NCBI GenBank assembly: GCA_051874735.1
Contig: JBJEGD010000004.1
Coordinates: 64,001-128,000, forward strand
Source: Candidatus Bruticola sp.
Lineage (GTDB): Bacteria > Vulcanimicrobiota > Xenobia > Xenobiales > Xenobiaceae
Direction: 5' to 3'
Length of the DNA stretch: 64,000 nt
The position numbers and the translations under genes were made by a program. Positions 12,077-22,913 of the stretch are shown one piece after another (positions within the stretch are counted from its first letter, which is position 1; the number at the start of each line of letters is the position of its first letter). The notes under the pieces were generated by a model. It saw only the letters and a list, made by a program, of their open reading frames with translations, made no database searches and had not been told where the DNA came from.

Positions 12077-12445
12077 ATGATCCAGCAGGAGAGCAGGCTC
12101 AGAGTCGCCGACAATTCCGGCGCCCGCGAGCTCCTCTGTATCCGAGTTCTCGGTGGCTCTACAACTACTTATGCAAGTGTTGGCGACATCATCGTAGCAA
12201 CCGTAAAGCAGGCACAGCCTGGAGCAGCCATTAAGAAAGGCGACGTGGTCAAGGCCGTAGTGGTTCGTGTAAAGAAACCTATCCGTCGTCCCGATGGTTC
12301 CTATATTAGATTTGACGAGAATGCGGCTGTCGTGATCAAAGATGATCTTAATCCCCGCGGTACTCGTATCTTTGGGCCGGTAGCTCGTGAACTTCGTGAA
12401 CGCGAATTCATGAAGATTGTGTCTTTAGCGCCCGAGGTATTGTAA
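12077..12445 (+). CDS. rplN: 50S ribosomal protein L14
   Basis: [22 protein letters not shown]. Confidence 0.99.
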   Translation: MIQQESRLRVADNSGARELLCIRVLGGSTTTYASVGDIIVATVKQAQPGAAIKKGDVVKAVVVRVKKPIRRPDGSYIRFDENAAVVIKDDLNPRGTRIFGPVARELREREFMKIVSLAPEVL

Positions 12446-12463
12446 GTTTTTAAGGAGTTAACC

Positions 12464-12778
12464 ATGGCTCACGTAAAGAAAGATGACGAAGTAGTCGTCC
12501 TTTGCGGCAAGTACGCCGACAAGCGCGGTAAGGTTCTGGAAGTGAACCCCAAGGACCATAAGGTGACTGTTGATGGTGTCAATATCGTCAAGCGTCGCAT
12601 GAAAGCTCGTCCTCCGCGTTTTCCCCAGGGCACTATTGTTGAGAAGGCTTTGCCTATCGATATCAGCAATGTAATGTTAGTTTGTCCTAAATGCGGCAAG
12701 CCCACTCGCCCTGCCGCAGTAATCGATGCTGATAAGAGCAAACACCGCGTTTGCCGTAAGTGTCACGAACAGTTTTAG
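12464..12778 (+). CDS. rplX: 50S ribosomal protein L24
   Basis: KOW motif, PIDISNV, C-terminal CPKC...CRKC. Confidence 0.97.
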   Translation: MAHVKKDDEVVVLCGKYADKRGKVLEVNPKDHKVTVDGVNIVKRRMKARPPRFPQGTIVEKALPIDISNVMLVCPKCGKPTRPAAVIDADKSKHRVCRKCHEQF

Positions 12779-12885
12779 TATTGTGGTATAACCGCTGACT
12801 TGGGGCTCGTGTAGCGCTCAGGTCGGTCGGAGTATACTTTTTTAGCAACCGTGGGTCGGAAATCCACGGGAAGAGGAGAATTCAA

Positions 12886-13515
12886 GTGGCAAAGCAAGGA
12901 AAAACCCCTAAAGCCCCTTCTGCTCCCAAGAAAAAGAAGGAAGAGTTTGCTGCCGGTGGTCGTCCCCCAGTAGCCGATATTAAGCTCAAGAAGAGCTATC
13001 AGGAAGAGATAGTTCCTGCTCTTAAGAAAGAATTCAACTACACTAACCCTATGCGTATTCCCCGCCTGGTCAAGGTCGTTGTGAATATGGGCGTAGGTGA
13101 AGCGATTGCCAATCCGAAGTCTCTTGAAGGCGCTGTTTCTGATATGCGCGCTATCACTGGTCAGGCTCCGGTTATCACTAAGGCTCGCAAGTCTATTTCA
13201 AACTTCAAACTTCGTGAAGGTGCAAAGATCGGCTGTAAAGTTACTCTGCGCGGCGACATTATGTGGGCATTCTTAGAGAAAGTCTTCAATGTTGTACTCC
13301 CTCGTATCAGAGACTTCCAGGGCATTTCCCCTAAGTCTTTTGATGGCCGCGGCAACTATACGTTTGGCCTTAAAGAGCAGATCATTTTCCCTGAAATCGA
13401 TTATGATAAGGTCGATAAAGTTCGTGGTATGGACATCTGCGTCGTTACTACTGCTCCTACCGACAAAGAGGGATATGCTTTGCTGCGTGCCCTCGGTTGC
13501 CCGTTCCGTCAGTAA
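12886..13515 (+). CDS. rplE: 50S ribosomal protein L5
   Basis: [24 protein letters not shown]; Lys-rich N-terminal extension. Confidence 0.98.
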   Translation: MAKQGKTPKAPSAPKKKKEEFAAGGRPPVADIKLKKSYQEEIVPALKKEFNYTNPMRIPRLVKVVVNMGVGEAIANPKSLEGAVSDMRAITGQAPVITKARKSISNFKLREGAKIGCKVTLRGDIMWAFLEKVFNVVLPRIRDFQGISPKSFDGRGNYTFGLKEQIIFPEIDYDKVDKVRGMDICVVTTAPTDKEGYALLRALGCPFRQ

Positions 13516-13533
13516 TTTTTTGGAGGAAGTTTA

Positions 13534-13719
13534 ATGGCTACCACAGCACAAGAAGTAAAAGCCGCCAGAACACCTAAGTTCAAGGTTCGCGCTGTTAATC
13601 GCTGCAAGCTTTGCGGTCGTCCTCGCGCTTACTTCCGTAAATTCGGACTTTGCCGCATTTGCTTCAGAGAGCGTGCCCACTTGGGCCAGATTCCCGGCGT
13701 CACTAAGTCCAGCTGGTAA
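13534..13719 (+). CDS. rpsN: 30S ribosomal protein S14 (zinc type Z)
   Basis: RCKLCGRP...[14 protein letters not shown], 61 aa. Confidence 0.98.
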   Translation: MATTAQEVKAARTPKFKVRAVNRCKLCGRPRAYFRKFGLCRICFRERAHLGQIPGVTKSSW

Positions 13720-13803
13720 GATTTTTTTCGTTGCGCTTCTTGAACAGCGCGCCGTATCCGGAGGGATTGCCGGATTCGGCTTTATATACAGGGAGGAAAA
13801 GAA

Positions 13804-14202
13804 ATGCCCACCACTGATCCCATTGCCGATATGCTCACACGTATTCGGAACGCTAACACAGCCGTTCACGAGCAGGTGGACATTCCGGCTTCCAAGCTCA
13901 AAGAGCAGATCGCCAAAGTCCTTTTGCGTGAAGGTTACATCGCTAGTTATCAGGTCGCTTCTACTGGCGTTCAGGGCGTGATCCACATCAAATTGAAATA
14001 CGGCCCAGAGAATGAGGCTGTTATCAACGGCATTAAGCGTATCAGCCGTCCTGGTCTGAGGGTGTATGTCGGAGCTAACGAAATCCCCCGTATTTATGGC
14101 GGTTTAGGTACTGTAGTTATGTCTACTCCTAAGGGCGTCATTACTGGTAAGCAGGCTCGTAAACTTGGAGTCGGCGGTGAAGTTCTCGCCTACGTTTGGT
14201 AG
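13804..14202 (+). CDS. rpsH: 30S ribosomal protein S8
   Basis: [29 protein letters not shown]. Confidence 0.99.
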   Translation: MPTTDPIADMLTRIRNANTAVHEQVDIPASKLKEQIAKVLLREGYIASYQVASTGVQGVIHIKLKYGPENEAVINGIKRISRPGLRVYVGANEIPRIYGGLGTVVMSTPKGVITGKQARKLGVGGEVLAYVW

Positions 14203-14250
14203 GTAATTACTGCGCGGCAGTGCCAAGACAAGTACTGCAGGAGGAATAGT

Positions 14251-14811
14251 ATGTCCAGAATTGGCAAAACACCCATCGTGCTTCCCAAGGGTGTAGAAGT
14301 GCATGTTGAGCCCGGACAGGTTCGCGTAAAAGGACCCAAAGGCGAGCTCACTCAAGCCATCAGCGATAAATTGGAAGTTCGGGTGGAAGGAGATCATATT
14401 TTGGTCGCCCGTCCCGATGACGAGCGCGAGACTAAAGCACAGCATGGTTTAGCCCGCACTCTCATCAACAATATGGTTGTCGGAGTAACCAAAGGCTACA
14501 AAGTATCCTTAGACATCATTGGCGTAGGTTACCGTGCTGCTAAGTCCGGTAAGGGACTTACCTTGAACTTAGGTTATTCCCATCCCATCGAGGTCGATCC
14601 TATTGAAGGTATTGAGTTCGATGTAGAGTCCGATGCTCGTACAAAGTTGAATCGTATCCATGTTATGGGAGCCGATAAACAGCAGGTCGGACAGGTTGCT
14701 GCTAATATTCGTGAATTCAGAAGTCCCGAACCCTATAAGGGCAAAGGTATTCGTTACGTAGACGAAGTTGTGATTCGCAAGGCTGGTAAGGCCGGAAAGA
14801 CTGGTAAATAA
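14251..14811 (+). CDS. rplF: 50S ribosomal protein L6
   Basis: MSRIGK, GVGYRA, PEPYKGKGIRY. Confidence 0.99.
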   Translation: MSRIGKTPIVLPKGVEVHVEPGQVRVKGPKGELTQAISDKLEVRVEGDHILVARPDDERETKAQHGLARTLINNMVVGVTKGYKVSLDIIGVGYRAAKSGKGLTLNLGYSHPIEVDPIEGIEFDVESDARTKLNRIHVMGADKQQVGQVAANIREFRSPEPYKGKGIRYVDEVVIRKAGKAGKTGK

Positions 14812-14814
14812 GCT

Positions 14815-15180
14815 ATGAGTAATAATAATGTTTCTCGTAACGTTTTGCGCCAGCGTCGTCATGCTCGTATCCGCAAGAACGTAAGCGGTACAGCTGAGTA
14901 TCCACGCTTGGCAGTTTTCCGCTCCAGCAGGCACGTTTACGCTCAAGTAATTGATGACCAAGCTGGTCACACTCTCGCTTCCGCCAGCTCTTTAGACAAG
15001 ACGCTGCGCGACGAGAAGGTTTCCCCAACTGAGATGGCCAAGCGCGTGGGAATGCTTTGCGCTAAGAGAGCTCAGGAAGTGGGAATTAATAGTGTCGTCT
15101 TCGATCGTGGCGGCTACCAGTTCCATGGACGTGTGGCGGCCTTGGCAGAAGGTGCTCGCGAGCAGGGCTTAGAGTTCTAA
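14815..15180 (+). CDS. rplR: 50S ribosomal protein L18
   Basis: [23 protein letters not shown]. Confidence 0.99.
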   Translation: MSNNNVSRNVLRQRRHARIRKNVSGTAEYPRLAVFRSSRHVYAQVIDDQAGHTLASASSLDKTLRDEKVSPTEMAKRVGMLCAKRAQEVGINSVVFDRGGYQFHGRVAALAEGAREQGLEF

Positions 15181-15233
15181 GCTCAACTGAAGAGACTTTT
15201 CCATAGGCGCATCGCCTACATCAGGAGGAAAAT

Positions 15234-15809
15234 ATGAGGAACCGCATCGATCCCGCTGGGCTCGACCTCAGTAAAGAAGTTGTTGTACAAGTCAAACGCG
15301 TGTCGAAGGTTGTTAAAGGTGGAAAACGCTTTGGTTTCGCCGCGTTGGTAGTAGTTGGCGACGGTCAGGGCGTCGTCGGCGTTGGCATTGGCAAGGCTAG
15401 TGACAATACTGATGCCATTCGTAAGGGCAATGAGGAGGCTCGCAAGAACCTCATTCGCGTGCCTTTGATGGGAACCACAATTCCTCACCCCGTTAACTCT
15501 TTCTACGGAGCTGCTAATGTAGTGCTCCGTCCCGCCGCTCCCGGTACCGGTGTAATCGCTGGCTCTGCTGTTCGTGCCGTTGTAGAGTGCGCTGGTATAG
15601 ATAACATCGTTACAAAGTCGATTGGTTCTACCAACAAGATCAACATCGTTTATTCTACTATGAAAGGATTAGCTTCTCTCTTTAATGCTAATCAAGTAGC
15701 CCGTAACCGCGGTAAAGAAGTTGTTGAGCTCGTAGGTAAGAAAGCTGCTGCTGAGTTAGAGCAGAGTGCCCATCGCGTTCAGAATATAGAAGAGGCTCAA
15801 GCCGAGTAA
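15234..15809 (+). CDS. rpsE: 30S ribosomal protein S5
   Basis: [20 protein letters not shown]. Confidence 0.99.
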   Translation: MRNRIDPAGLDLSKEVVVQVKRVSKVVKGGKRFGFAALVVVGDGQGVVGVGIGKASDNTDAIRKGNEEARKNLIRVPLMGTTIPHPVNSFYGAANVVLRPAAPGTGVIAGSAVRAVVECAGIDNIVTKSIGSTNKINIVYSTMKGLASLFNANQVARNRGKEVVELVGKKAAAELEQSAHRVQNIEEAQAE

Positions 15810-15971
15810 AAATAAGTCGGGCGTCCGTAAAAGGGTCGCTCTGACTTTTTTTGCGACACTGTAAAGTTGCTCATTCTCAAAATGGGCAATTTTCATACTA
15901 TGTAAAAAAGCTATGTTGAGACTGGATTTTTTTTGCTTTATACATTCCAGTGCAGCATACGGAGGAAAAAA

Positions 15972-16430
15972 ATGAACAATCAGCACATGGGTTCTAATAG
16001 TATTGCCCCTAACGCCGGTGCTCGTCGCAGTCGCAAGCGCGTGGCTCGCGGTCATGGTTGCGGCAGTGTAAAGACTGCTGGCCGCGGTTCTAACGGTCAG
16101 GGCTCTCGTTCCGGTGGTTTGAAGGCCCCCGGCTTTGAAGGTGGTCAGACGCCCTGGTATCGCAGACTTCCTAAGTTCCGTGGTTTTAAAAATCCTTTCA
16201 AAACCGTTTACACTGAGATTTCCGTTGGTAGTTTAGATCGTTTTGAAGATGGCACCGTTGTAGATCCGGAGCTTTTACTCAAAGTCGGTTTAGTCAAGAA
16301 TCTGAACAACCAGATTAAAGTTTTAGGCAACGGCAGCCTTACCAAGAAGCTCACCGTTCAGCTTCACGCTTTTACCAATTCCTCTAAAGATGCTATCGTT
16401 AAGGCTGGCGGAACGGTAGAGGAAATCTAA
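15972..16430 (+). CDS. rplO: 50S ribosomal protein L15
   Basis: GFEGGQTP, RRLPKFRGF, IKVLGNG; ATG behind GGAGG. Confidence 0.98.
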   Translation: MNNQHMGSNSIAPNAGARRSRKRVARGHGCGSVKTAGRGSNGQGSRSGGLKAPGFEGGQTPWYRRLPKFRGFKNPFKTVYTEISVGSLDRFEDGTVVDPELLLKVGLVKNLNNQIKVLGNGSLTKKLTVQLHAFTNSSKDAIVKAGGTVEEI

Positions 16431-16432
16431 AA

Positions 16433-17746
16433 GTGGCCAGTTCTTTTGCAGATGCGTTAAAGTCGGACGATCTCCGCAGCCGAGTGGCTTGGGTATTTAT
16501 CGGGCTGGCGATCTTTGTTCTGACTGTACATATTGGTATGCCTGGCGTAAACAAAGACGTGTGGAACGCACTGCTAAGTAAAGGTGAATTATTCCGCTTT
16601 TTGGGAATGTTCACTGGTGGTGCTTTAAATAACTTCTCTGTTGCGGCTATGGGTATTACTCCCTACATCAACGCCTCCATTATTATGCAGCTTCTCACTG
16701 TGGTTATGCCTCAGCTTAAAGATTTGCAAAAAGAGGGCGGAGAGCAGGGACGCAAGCAGATCGGCGTTTATACCAGACAGCTTACTTTAGGATTGGCTGT
16801 ACTTCAAGCTCTGTTCATGACAGTTGCTTTGGCTCGCTACAGTGGTAGCGGTGGCGGTGTTTTCACTATGACTGGCTTTGGCTTTTATGCCATGGTAGTC
16901 ATTGCTTTAGTGAGTGGCACTATGTTCCTAATGTGGCTGGGCGAGCTTATGACTGATAAAGGCATAGGCAACGGCGTCTCTATGATTATCTTCGGCGGCA
17001 TTGTACTGCGTTTTCCTGATTATATCGCGGACAGTTTAAGAGTTGCCAATGTTCAGGGAGCTGCTTATGTACTTTCGTTGGTGATCTTTTTCCTAATTTT
17101 GATTGCTTTAGTGGCTGGTATTGTTTACATTCACCTTGGCATCCGTAAGATACCGATTCAGTATCCCAGACGTCAAGTTGGTACAAAAATGTACGGAGGC
17201 CACTCCAGCTATTTGCCCATTCGCGTCAATAATGCCGGTGTAATTTCCATTATTTTCGCTATCTCTATTATGTATATGCCTAATACTGTGGCTCAGATTA
17301 TGAACTTAGTTTGGGGCAGTAGCCACCCCGGAGTGGCTGCTTTGGCTCAGAATATCGAGACTATTTTTGCCCCTCGTGGAGTGTTCTATAATCTTTGCTA
17401 TGCAGCTTTAGTCATATTCTTCACTTATTTCTATTCTGCTATTACCTTCAATGTCAACGATGTTGCTGATAATCTGAAGAAATCCGGAGGCTTTGTGCCT
17501 GGTATACGTCCAGGTCGTCCTACCGCTGAGTATTTAGAGAAGGTGTTCTCTAGAACAACTTTTATATCTGCAATATTCCTGGCTTTGTTGGCTGTAGCTC
17601 CTACCTACATAATGCAGCTGACTAAGGTTAATACTTTCTTCTTAGGTTCTACTTCTTTGCTTATTATTGTAGGTGTAGCTCTCGATGCTATGCAGCAGAT
17701 TCAGGCTCGTCTGACTATGCGCAAGTACCAAGGGTTTATGAAATAG
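16433..17746 (+). CDS. secY: preprotein translocase subunit SecY
   Basis: MGITPYINASII, GIGNGVS, VPGIRPG; multiple TM segments. Confidence 0.99.
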   Translation: MASSFADALKSDDLRSRVAWVFIGLAIFVLTVHIGMPGVNKDVWNALLSKGELFRFLGMFTGGALNNFSVAAMGITPYINASIIMQLLTVVMPQLKDLQKEGGEQGRKQIGVYTRQLTLGLAVLQALFMTVALARYSGSGGGVFTMTGFGFYAMVVIALVSGTMFLMWLGELMTDKGIGNGVSMIIFGGIVLRFPDYIADSLRVANVQGAAYVLSLVIFFLILIALVAGIVYIHLGIRKIPIQYPRRQVGTKMYGGHSSYLPIRVNNAGVISIIFAISIMYMPNTVAQIMNLVWGSSHPGVAALAQNIETIFAPRGVFYNLCYAALVIFFTYFYSAITFNVNDVADNLKKSGGFVPGIRPGRPTAEYLEKVFSRTTFISAIFLALLAVAPTYIMQLTKVNTFFLGSTSLLIIVGVALDAMQQIQARLTMRKYQGFMK

Positions 17747-17832
17747 CCGAGAAAAAACTTCATATTTTTGAAGTAAAAGTCCGTTAGGTATAGAAAGCCG
17801 AACGGACTTATTTTATTTAGGAGAAAAATAGT

Positions 17833-18486
17833 ATGCGTTGTGTATTAGTAGGCCCTCCCGGATGCGGCAAAGGCACTCTTTCTAGCTACATTGTGTCTAA
17901 ATATGGAGTTACGCATATTTCTACCGGAGACATTTTCCGTGAGCATCGTGCTTCAAATAGTGAGTTCGGCAAGAAAATTGCTTCATATATAGATAAGGGA
18001 GAGTTAGTCCCCGATGAACTCGTATTAGATATCGTTTTTGACCGTTTGCAGAAACCTGACTGCGCTAAAGGCTTTATTTTTGATGGTTTCCCCCGTACTT
18101 TGGCTCAAGCTGAAGCTTTACAGGAACGTTTAGAAAAAATAGGCAAGCCACTTGATGCTGTCATCGCTTTTAATGTTCCCGACAGTATCTTGGTGGAGCG
18201 TTTGGTTACTCGTCGAGTTTGCCCCTCTTGTAATGCCGTATATAACATTAAGAACCGTCCTCCTAAAGAAGATAATGTTTGTGACGTATGTCATCATGAA
18301 TTAGTGCATAGAGCTGACGATCGTGAAGAGGTAATTACTTCGCGTCTTGAAGTTTACCGCAGCTCTACAGCTCCTCTGATTGAGTATTATACCAGCAAGA
18401 AACTTTTGGTTACTTTGGATGGCAGTCGAGGGAGCAGCGAAGTAGAAAAGCAATTTGCAGATATGGCTCAAGCTAAAGGTTTATAG
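17833..18486 (+). CDS. adk: adenylate kinase (Zn-lid type)
   Basis: GPPGCGKGT, HISTGD, DGFPRT, CPSC...CDVC lid. Confidence 0.98.
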   Translation: MRCVLVGPPGCGKGTLSSYIVSKYGVTHISTGDIFREHRASNSEFGKKIASYIDKGELVPDELVLDIVFDRLQKPDCAKGFIFDGFPRTLAQAEALQERLEKIGKPLDAVIAFNVPDSILVERLVTRRVCPSCNAVYNIKNRPPKEDNVCDVCHHELVHRADDREEVITSRLEVYRSSTAPLIEYYTSKKLLVTLDGSRGSSEVEKQFADMAQAKGL

Positions 18487-18658
18487 TTTTTTTGAGCCTA
18501 CGGGCAGACCGTTTTTTTTCGGTTAGCTTCGTAGGTTAGTCAAAAATTCTGCGTGACTTTAGGTTTAGTAATCTTAATCTCTTCACTCGGAGCTCAGCTC
18601 ATTAGGGGGGAAGAGATATTTTTTTGCAGCAATTCGTTTTTATTAGGGAGTGTATAAA

Positions 18659-19426
18659 ATGCGCATTTATGAAAAGGCAAAAATAAAAACTGAACACGAA
18701 GTTGAACTTATGAAAGCGTCCGGCAATGTACTTAGTGCTTGTCATGATATGCTAGCTGCAAATTGTCGTCCTGGTGTCACCACAAAAGAATTAGATAAGT
18801 TGGCTGAAGATTTTATTCGTAGTCATGGCGGAGTGCCTACATTTTTAGGATATGGAGGCTTCCCTGGTACATGCTGCATTTCTATTAATGAAGAAGTTGT
18901 ACACGGTATTCCCGGCCCTCGCGTTATCAAAGAGGGAGATATTGTCTCTATAGACTGTGGTGTTACTTTGAAGGGATGGGTTTCAGATTCTGCTCGTACT
19001 CATATTGTTGGAGAAGTTGCTCCAGATGTGCGTCGTTTAGTTGATGTGACCAAAGAATGTCTTTATTTAGGAATTGCTCAAGCAAAAGCTGGAAAATTTA
19101 TTCGTGATATAGGCGTAGCTGTGCAAAAACATGCTGAAAAGAACGGATTTGGAGTAGTGCGCGTTTTGGTTGGCCATGGTGTGGGGCGTCAAATGCATGA
19201 ACCGCCGCAAGTCCCAAATTACGATACCGGTCTCAAAGGTCCGCAATTAAAAGAGGGTATGGTGATCGCTATTGAACCTATGATTAATTTAGGGACTTAT
19301 AAAGTATTTCAGTTAGATGACGGCTGGACTTATGTAACTTCCGATCGGAAGCCATCTGCTCACTTTGAGCATACGGTAGCTATTACGGCTGGCGAGCCTA
19401 AAATATTGACTAATGGCCTTGACTAG
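18659..19426 (+). CDS. map: type I methionine aminopeptidase
   Basis: SINEEVVHGIP, GHGVG, EPMIN, AHFEHT. Confidence 0.98.
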   Translation: MRIYEKAKIKTEHEVELMKASGNVLSACHDMLAANCRPGVTTKELDKLAEDFIRSHGGVPTFLGYGGFPGTCCISINEEVVHGIPGPRVIKEGDIVSIDCGVTLKGWVSDSARTHIVGEVAPDVRRLVDVTKECLYLGIAQAKAGKFIRDIGVAVQKHAEKNGFGVVRVLVGHGVGRQMHEPPQVPNYDTGLKGPQLKEGMVIAIEPMINLGTYKVFQLDDGWTYVTSDRKPSAHFEHTVAITAGEPKILTNGLD

Positions 19427-19447
19427 TCCAAAGGCTTGTAGTAGAAT
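19419..19447 (+). promoter_or_regulatory. sigma70-type promoter of the rpmJ-rpsM-rpsK-rpsD-rpoA-rplQ unit
   Basis: TTGACT-N17-TAGAAT overlapping the map stop codon. Confidence 0.7.
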
Positions 19448-19675
19448 ATTAAAGCATTGTTCCGACCCTTTTTTATAAAGGCTCTGTAGCTAGGAGCCCA
19501 AGGCTGCTAGGGTATGCCTCCGTTTCAGGCGGGAAGGATGCGACGTTATTTCAAGGGTTTTGTATATTACCGAATGATCGCAAGATCAGTATTGATAATC
19601 TTAAGGTCGGCTTGCTAGTTGAAAAAAAAGTTCTTCTTAGTGGCCTCACCAATGAGATATCTGGAGGAACGAGTT

Positions 19676-19789
19676 ATGAAGGTGAAGCCTTCTGTGCGCG
19701 TACGTTGTGAGAAGTGCCGCGTTATTACGCGCAAAGGACGGGTTAGGATAATCTGCACCAACCCTAAACACAAGCAGGTCCAGGGATAG
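19676..19789 (+). CDS. rpmJ: 50S ribosomal protein L36 (not in the ORF track)
   Basis: Read directly: [37 protein letters not shown], 37 aa, behind GGAGG. Confidence 0.98.
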   Translation: MKVKPSVRVRCEKCRVITRKGRVRIICTNPKHKQVQG

Positions 19790-19802
19790 GAGGAATCGAT
19801 TC

Positions 19803-20174
19803 GTGGCCAGAATCGCCGGCGTCGATTTGCCAAGAGATAAGGGTATCGGAATTGCTCTTACATATATTTTTGGTATTGGACGCACCACAGCCAATCAAAT
19901 TATTGAAGAAGTGGGTATTGACCCGCTCATGCGCGTTCGTGATGTCTCCGAAGAAGTAGTTGCTCGTCTTCGTGAAATTATCGAACATAAACACAAGGTG
20001 GAGGGTGACCTTCGCCGCGAGATCACTCAGAATATTAAGCGCCTTATGGATATCGGATGCTATCGCGGTATTCGTCATCGTCGCAGTCTTCCGGTACGTG
20101 GTCAGCGCACCAAGACTAATGCTCGCACTCGTAAAGGTCCTAAGCGCACCGTCGGTCGTAGCAAGAAAGCGTAA
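19803..20174 (+). CDS. rpsM: 30S ribosomal protein S13
   Basis: [26 protein letters not shown]. Confidence 0.99.
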   Translation: MARIAGVDLPRDKGIGIALTYIFGIGRTTANQIIEEVGIDPLMRVRDVSEEVVARLREIIEHKHKVEGDLRREITQNIKRLMDIGCYRGIRHRRSLPVRGQRTKTNARTRKGPKRTVGRSKKA

Positions 20175-20185
20175 GGTATTAGAAC

Positions 20186-20584
20186 ATGGCTAAAAAACAA
20201 AGCCGCGTTCGTGGTCGCGGTAGAAAAGTCCTGAAGAACGTGCCCAGTGGCATAGCCCACATCCAGTCTACGTTTAATAACACGATAGTCACTATTACTG
20301 ATCCAGCTGGAAACGCCTTGTCTTGGTCCACTGCTGGCGCTCACGGTTTTAAGGGTTCCCGCAAGAGCACTCCCTTCGCCGCTAGCGTAGCCGCTGATAA
20401 AGCCGCTCAAATTGCTGTTGAGCATGGCATGCGTTCTGTTAAGGTTCATGTTAAGGGCCCCGGTCAGGGACGTGAAGCTGCTATTCGTGCTCTTCAGTCC
20501 GCCGGTTTGGAAATTACTCTTATGCGCGATGTAACCCCCATTCCGCATAATGGTTGCCGCCCCCCGAAACGTCGCAGAGTATAG
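20186..20584 (+). CDS. rpsK: 30S ribosomal protein S11
   Basis: [32 protein letters not shown]. Confidence 0.99.
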   Translation: MAKKQSRVRGRGRKVLKNVPSGIAHIQSTFNNTIVTITDPAGNALSWSTAGAHGFKGSRKSTPFAASVAADKAAQIAVEHGMRSVKVHVKGPGQGREAAIRALQSAGLEITLMRDVTPIPHNGCRPPKRRRV

Positions 20585-20656
20585 TATTTTTCATAAAAGA
20601 TTGTGCGATTATATAGCAGAGTTCTATAATCGCTCCCATTTTTGGAGGAAATATTC

Positions 20657-21292
20657 GTGTCCAGGTATACCGGGCCGGTTTGTAAGTTGTGCCGGCGTGA
20701 ACAGACTAAGCTGTTCTTAAAAGGGGAGAGATGCCTTACTCCTCATTGCGCGTTTGAACGTCGCCCTTCCCCTCCGGGACAGCACGGTTCTAACGTCCGT
20801 CGTCGCGCCACTGGATTTAGTGTCCAGCTGCGGGAAAAACAGAAGCTGCGTCGCATTTACGGCGTGACTGAGCGCGTTTTCAGAAATTATTTCTCCAAGG
20901 CTTCCAGGCAGGAAGGTATCACTGGTGACAACTTCCTGCGTATTTTGGAACGCCGCCTTGACAGTGTCGTCTATCGCCTTGGATTTACTACTTCCCGCCC
21001 TGCTGCTCGTCAGTTAGTTGCTCATGGTAACATTATCGTTGATGGCCGCAAGGTTGATATCCCTTCGTTCTTAGTAAAACCCGGAATGGTTATCGAACTT
21101 CGTGAGAAGATTGCCAATAAGGAATTAAACCAGCAGTCTATAGCTTCCGCTCGAGTTCGTAAAGTGCCCGCTTGGTTAGAATTAGACGAGAGCAAAGCTC
21201 AGGGTAGGGTTCTCAGCTTACCTGCCAGAGCTGATATCCCGCTCGATATCAAAGAGAACGTTATCGTCGAGTTCTACAACCGCATGGGTTAG
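20657..21292 (+). CDS. rpsD: 30S ribosomal protein S4 (Zn-ribbon type)
   Basis: SRYTGPVCKLCRRE, PPGQHG, LERRLD; GTG start behind GGAGG. Confidence 0.98.
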   Translation: MSRYTGPVCKLCRREQTKLFLKGERCLTPHCAFERRPSPPGQHGSNVRRRATGFSVQLREKQKLRRIYGVTERVFRNYFSKASRQEGITGDNFLRILERRLDSVVYRLGFTTSRPAARQLVAHGNIIVDGRKVDIPSFLVKPGMVIELREKIANKELNQQSIASARVRKVPAWLELDESKAQGRVLSLPARADIPLDIKENVIVEFYNRMG

Positions 21293-21391
21293 TAGCAACT
21301 ATTGCGAGAGCGCGTTTTCTCAGGCGGCTTAGCCGGGGAAAAGCGCTCTTTAAGTACTACAGAATAGAGCAACTTGATTCGAGGTGTACTG

Positions 21392-22357
21392 ATGCTGGAC
21401 ACAAACATGATGGACGCCGTAGATGAGCGCAATCCTGAAGCGGAAGTCCGCCAAGTAGGCGAAAACTGCTTTATTGTGGAACCTTTAGAGCGTGGTTATG
21501 GTATTACGCTCGGTAATTCTCTGCGCCGCGTCTTACTTTCTTCGCTGATGGGTGCTGCTGTTACCCATATTCACATCGAAGGAGTGCTTCACGAGTTCTC
21601 TACAATTCCTGGTGTAAAAGAAGATACTACCGAGATTATTCTTAACCTCAAAAAACTTCGCTTGCGTATAACTGGCGGAGAGGAAAAAGTTCTTCGTATT
21701 GAGGCTTCTGGTATCGGTGAGCTTACTGCCGCTGATATCATTGCTGATCCGGAAGTAGAAATTCTCAATCCTGAGCTCAGGATAGCCACATTAACCGACG
21801 AGAATTCTCGTTTGGTTATGGAGATGTCTGCGTCTTTAGGCACCGGTTATGTTCCTGCTGAGAAGCAGTTCCGTCAGGAACAGCAGAGTATAGGTACTAT
21901 TCCTATCGACTCGATATTCAGCCCTGTGGTTAGAGTGAACTATGAAGTTCAGGATACTCGTGTGGGACAGAGAACTGACTATGACCGTTTAGTTTTGGAA
22001 GTTGAAACTGATGGCAGTATTAAGCCCTGTGAAGCTGTAGCTAACGCTGCTGTTATGCTACAGGAGAGACTCAGTCTCTTTACTCGCCTTCAAGATCACA
22101 GTGAAGGTATAGTTGAGCAGGAACAAGCTCCTACTGGTAAAGATGGTATCTTCATTGAGGAGCTTGAACTGTCGGTTCGTTCTCTCAACTGTCTTAAGAG
22201 AGCGGGTATCGTTTATCTTAGCGACCTCCTCAATTACAGTGAGACTCAGCTGATGAAGCTGAAAAATTTCGGTCAGAAGTCGCTTGACGAAATTGAAGCT
22301 AAGCTCAGTGAGCGCGGCTTATCGTTGCGTCCGAGTACTCCTGAGGGGTTCAATTAA
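21392..22357 (+). CDS. rpoA: RNA polymerase subunit alpha
   Basis: [37 protein letters not shown]. Confidence 0.99.
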   Translation: MLDTNMMDAVDERNPEAEVRQVGENCFIVEPLERGYGITLGNSLRRVLLSSLMGAAVTHIHIEGVLHEFSTIPGVKEDTTEIILNLKKLRLRITGGEEKVLRIEASGIGELTAADIIADPEVEILNPELRIATLTDENSRLVMEMSASLGTGYVPAEKQFRQEQQSIGTIPIDSIFSPVVRVNYEVQDTRVGQRTDYDRLVLEVETDGSIKPCEAVANAAVMLQERLSLFTRLQDHSEGIVEQEQAPTGKDGIFIEELELSVRSLNCLKRAGIVYLSDLLNYSETQLMKLKNFGQKSLDEIEAKLSERGLSLRPSTPEGFN

Positions 22358-22439
22358 GAGAGCTCTCGTTTTTTAGTCCCTTCGAGGCTTGGAACTTATT
22401 TTATTAAGAGTTTTTGTTTGATATTAGGAGTTTATTCCA

Positions 22440-22832
22440 ATGAGGCACAAAGTTCGCAGTCGGACTTTAGGACGTCAGACTGGTCATCGTTTTGCGATGT
22501 TGAGAAATTTGGCTACTTCTTTGCTCAGACACGAGCAGATTACTACGACAGTCACTCGCGCCAGAGAAGTTGCCCGCTTTACTGATCAGCTCATTTCTTG
22601 GGCTCGTAGAGCTAATAGCGCTACTGAACCTGCTGAGAGTTTGGCTTATAAGCGTCGCGTTTTTCGTCAGATTTCCGATCGTGAGGTCGCTCAGGATCTT
22701 TTTGTGAATATTGCTCAGCGCTTCAACGATAGACACGGTGAGAATAAGTGCGGTGGTTACACTCGCGTTATTCATAACGGTTTCCGCAAAGGTGACGGTG
22801 CTCCCATGGCCGTTATCGAGTTGGTTCACTAA
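22440..22832 (+). CDS. rplQ: 50S ribosomal protein L17
   Basis: MRHK...LGR, GGYTR, RKGDGAPMAVIELV. Confidence 0.98.
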   Translation: MRHKVRSRTLGRQTGHRFAMLRNLATSLLRHEQITTTVTRAREVARFTDQLISWARRANSATEPAESLAYKRRVFRQISDREVAQDLFVNIAQRFNDRHGENKCGGYTRVIHNGFRKGDGAPMAVIELVH

Positions 22833-22849
22833 TTTTAGCGCCTATAGAA

Positions 22850-22885
22850 GCCCCATCTCTTTTCAGAGTTGGGGCGTTTTTTTTT
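22850..22885 (+). terminator. intrinsic terminator after rplQ
   Basis: GCCCCA...TGGGGC stem followed by T9. Confidence 0.75.
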
Positions 22886-22913
22886 GCAGTTAAGCAGAAA
22901 GTTTGCCCAAAAT

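Noticed and set aside
634-22829. Many antisense and alternate-frame ORFs over ribosomal, tuf and fusA genes (e.g. 8815-9582 minus, 5620-6132 minus)
   Set aside because: Shadows of strongly codon-biased sense genes; no motifs or RBS
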